From NCBI GenBank assembly GCA_002104905.1, contig MCFE01000385.1:1-64000 (forward strand): a stretch of DNA of 64,000 nt, written 5' to 3'. The notes below the pieces were generated by a model. It was not told where the DNA came from and searched no databases. It worked only from the letters and a program-made list of their open reading frames with translations. A program made the position numbers and the translations under genes. Origin of the DNA: Basidiobolus meristosporus CBS 931.73 (taxonomy: Eukaryota; Fungi; Basidiobolomycota). Positions 62,010-64,000 of this stretch are shown here, piece by piece. Within the stretch, counting starts at the first letter, position 1. Each line of letters opens with the position of its first letter.

Positions 62010-64000
62010 AACCTGTCCCTATCAAAAAAATTTGGTCCTGTGGGTGGATCTGATCTGGATCAGCTGTCAAAATCCTATCAGGAGACTGCAATATTATCAG
62101 CAGCTTGGAATTAACAACCATCTACACAATCTTATGACAGGATCACAACAGTATTTGGCTAATTTTAAAGCCGAATAAAGTTAAGAACATAATGGTGCTT
62201 ATACAATATTTTGCCAAGGGTGGCATGGCATTGTTGTGGTCTTAGTGCACTCTACAACTTTTGAGTAGATCTACCAGCCAGTTCATCCAATTGCCTTATA
62301 TGGCAAGAAACTTGACAGTGTTTTGACGGCTTCTTTGCAAGCCTCTCATGGCATTATCACAGAAGCATAGTGGCCTATAGCTAGTACTTTATAATGCAAC
62401 TGTACCAATTTACCAAATGGTATTTCCTTTTTCTACCTCCCCTTGTGCAATTCATATAGTCCACTGTAGAATTACCCCTCTTTATATGCTTACCCACTAC
62501 TACCTTGGGTATTCCACATATAGCTCAAATCAAAAATTACTATGGCCTCCTGCTTACTAACTTCCACAAACATGCATGCCTGCTGCAATTACATACTTCT
62601 ATCACCTCAACTTTATGACTTTTTAGTGTGATACTTGCAAAGTTGCCATATACCTTGTATTACTGGTAACATATACCTCTTGCAAATGTATGCTGGTTAC
62701 CACCACTTCTGCCATGGATACCTCCTGAATATCTGCAAAGAACCTTTTGGTATTTTGCCAATAGATTTCTTCCCTCTACTGGAATCTATTTCCCCTTGTG
62801 GGTGCCCTCTGGCTCTTGTTTGTGTGATTTCAATTTTTAATGGTGTAGAAGTGGGCTTGTGACCAAGAGAAATCCAGCAAACCTTGGTAGAGCATTCCTA
62901 ATAAACATTAGTTGCTTGTTGCACCCAGCCCAACTTTGCATTACTTAACTGATTACCTATGCATTGGGGCTGCTTAGCTTTGTAATGCCATAGGCGTAGA
63001 TGTCTCCAAGTACACATCTATCCTCAGTATTTTCCAACTCTTCCTGGCTGTTCTCCATGTGCCAACTCTTCACATCCATGACAGAATTGAAGGTAATCTT
63101 TTTGATGAGATTAGGATATGGTAGTACCTGCAACTTGACTTGTCTTCCTATTTCCCCATACATCTGTTTCATAGGAAACTCCCAAAAGGTAAAGCAAGGT
63201 CCAATATTATCAACACACCAAACAAGATGGAGTAGCCAATGGATACAGTAGCAGCAGAGATCTATGCATACAGCTTTATGTTGGTAGTATAACCACTTGA
63301 ATCCTGTCACAAACTCTTTGCACAAAAGCTGTGGATGCATCAGGTTGGCATTAGTGATCCGCTTCTGGATAAATACTCCTACAATGCCCACATATGACTC
63401 CCAATGCTTCTAATGTACTCTTGGTAGAAATGGCTACAGAAGGCCACTTGAATAAATACCTATCCAGTTCATCCTGTCATTGCACTTGCATTGTTGTATA
63501 TGTGTACAAATGTTGATTGGAACCTGTGAGAGGTACTTAGGATTGTGGATACTCTGTAATATTGTGCCAATTCTTTCAAATTTCTCTGGTATCTTGAAGG
63601 GCCCACTTAGCTTGAAATACCCCATGTGCAACTTGATCATCAGCATGTGATATCATTGAAAAGTAAATGCAATGAAGTGCATTGTACTTCAAATTTCAAA
63701 GTTGCTGTTCAATATTTGTCAGCATAATCTTCACAAGTTGCTTTGATTGGCTATATTCTATTGCACTTACTCTGAAATCCTTGGTACTCACTCATCTCTT
63801 ACAGACATGTATACTGAATGGCCATTGCCTATTTTTCACAATCCCTTCTTACTGACTTTACTGGTAATCTTACTTTCCTGTGCATTCAATAATATATTTC
63901 TGTTCAATCTTCAATTGAAATGCAATTGTCAGTTGTACTGACCTACATAAGTCTCTATATCCAGCTTTAACCTTAGGCTCAACATCATACAAAGTAAAAA
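62010..64000 (-). mobile_element. Decayed CACTA/En-Spm (Tnp2-like) DNA transposon remnant, running off the window
   Basis: Minus-strand remnants PINICTHIQQCKCNDRMNWIGIYS and LLHLVWCVDNIGPCFTFWEFPMKQMYGEIGRQVKLQVLPYPNL resemble the P.NI..H...KA.EW.NW...YS and GP....W.FPMER......VKS...PY.NL blocks of fungal Tnp2-type transposases. Stops, frameshifts and CpG loss. Confidence 0.65.

Larger units (their letters stand above)
54524..62010 (+). mobile_element. Older, decayed copy of the same copia family as the intact element; interrupted and 3'-truncated
   Basis: 5' LTR 54524-55145 split by a solo LTR; degenerate PBS gctaatgagcccc; gag/protease remnants 55146-56150 (WYIDSGAS); GAG-pre-integrase reads continuously across the young insertion (...LYLEVRLC|NLHEETPMLWDRRFGQ...); integrase remnant to ~62000. 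Confidence 0.88.

Noticed and set aside
1-64000. CRISPR arrays, rRNA or prokaryotic operons
   Set aside because: No regularly spaced direct repeats or rRNA-like sequence; genes have spliceosomal introns.

Overview
Eukaryotic, intron-rich DNA (GT-AG introns of about 55-75 nt), most consistent with an early-diverging fungus; a Zoopagomycota/Basidiobolus-like host is my inference only. Positions 1-53.3 kb are gene-rich: an orphan helical protein, a forkhead TF, nuclear-basket MLP1/TPR, the VNX1-type cation/H+ exchanger, a GPI-anchored plant-type extracellular LRR protein built nearly one repeat per exon, a sphingoid-base kinase, a Rua1-C-domain protein, a GPCR-like 7TM protein, a run of secreted/GPI-anchored proteins (two share a domain), a stand-alone FAR1 (Mutator-derived) DNA-binding protein, a FUSC/ALMT-like membrane protein and a fumarate reductase-cytochrome b5 fusion. 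Positions 53.4-64 kb are a transposon nest. An intact, very young Ty1/copia element (apparently identical 350-bp LTRs, TATGT target-site duplication, Ty5-like half-tRNAiMet primer site) sits antisense inside a decayed copy of its own family. That old copy also has a solo LTR inserted in its 5' LTR. Fragments of a second copia family and a decayed CACTA/En-Spm-like transposase lie alongside, and all old copies are strongly CpG-depleted. No rRNA, tRNA or CRISPR array was found. Exon structures were derived by hand from splice signals and reading-frame continuity; no database searches were run.
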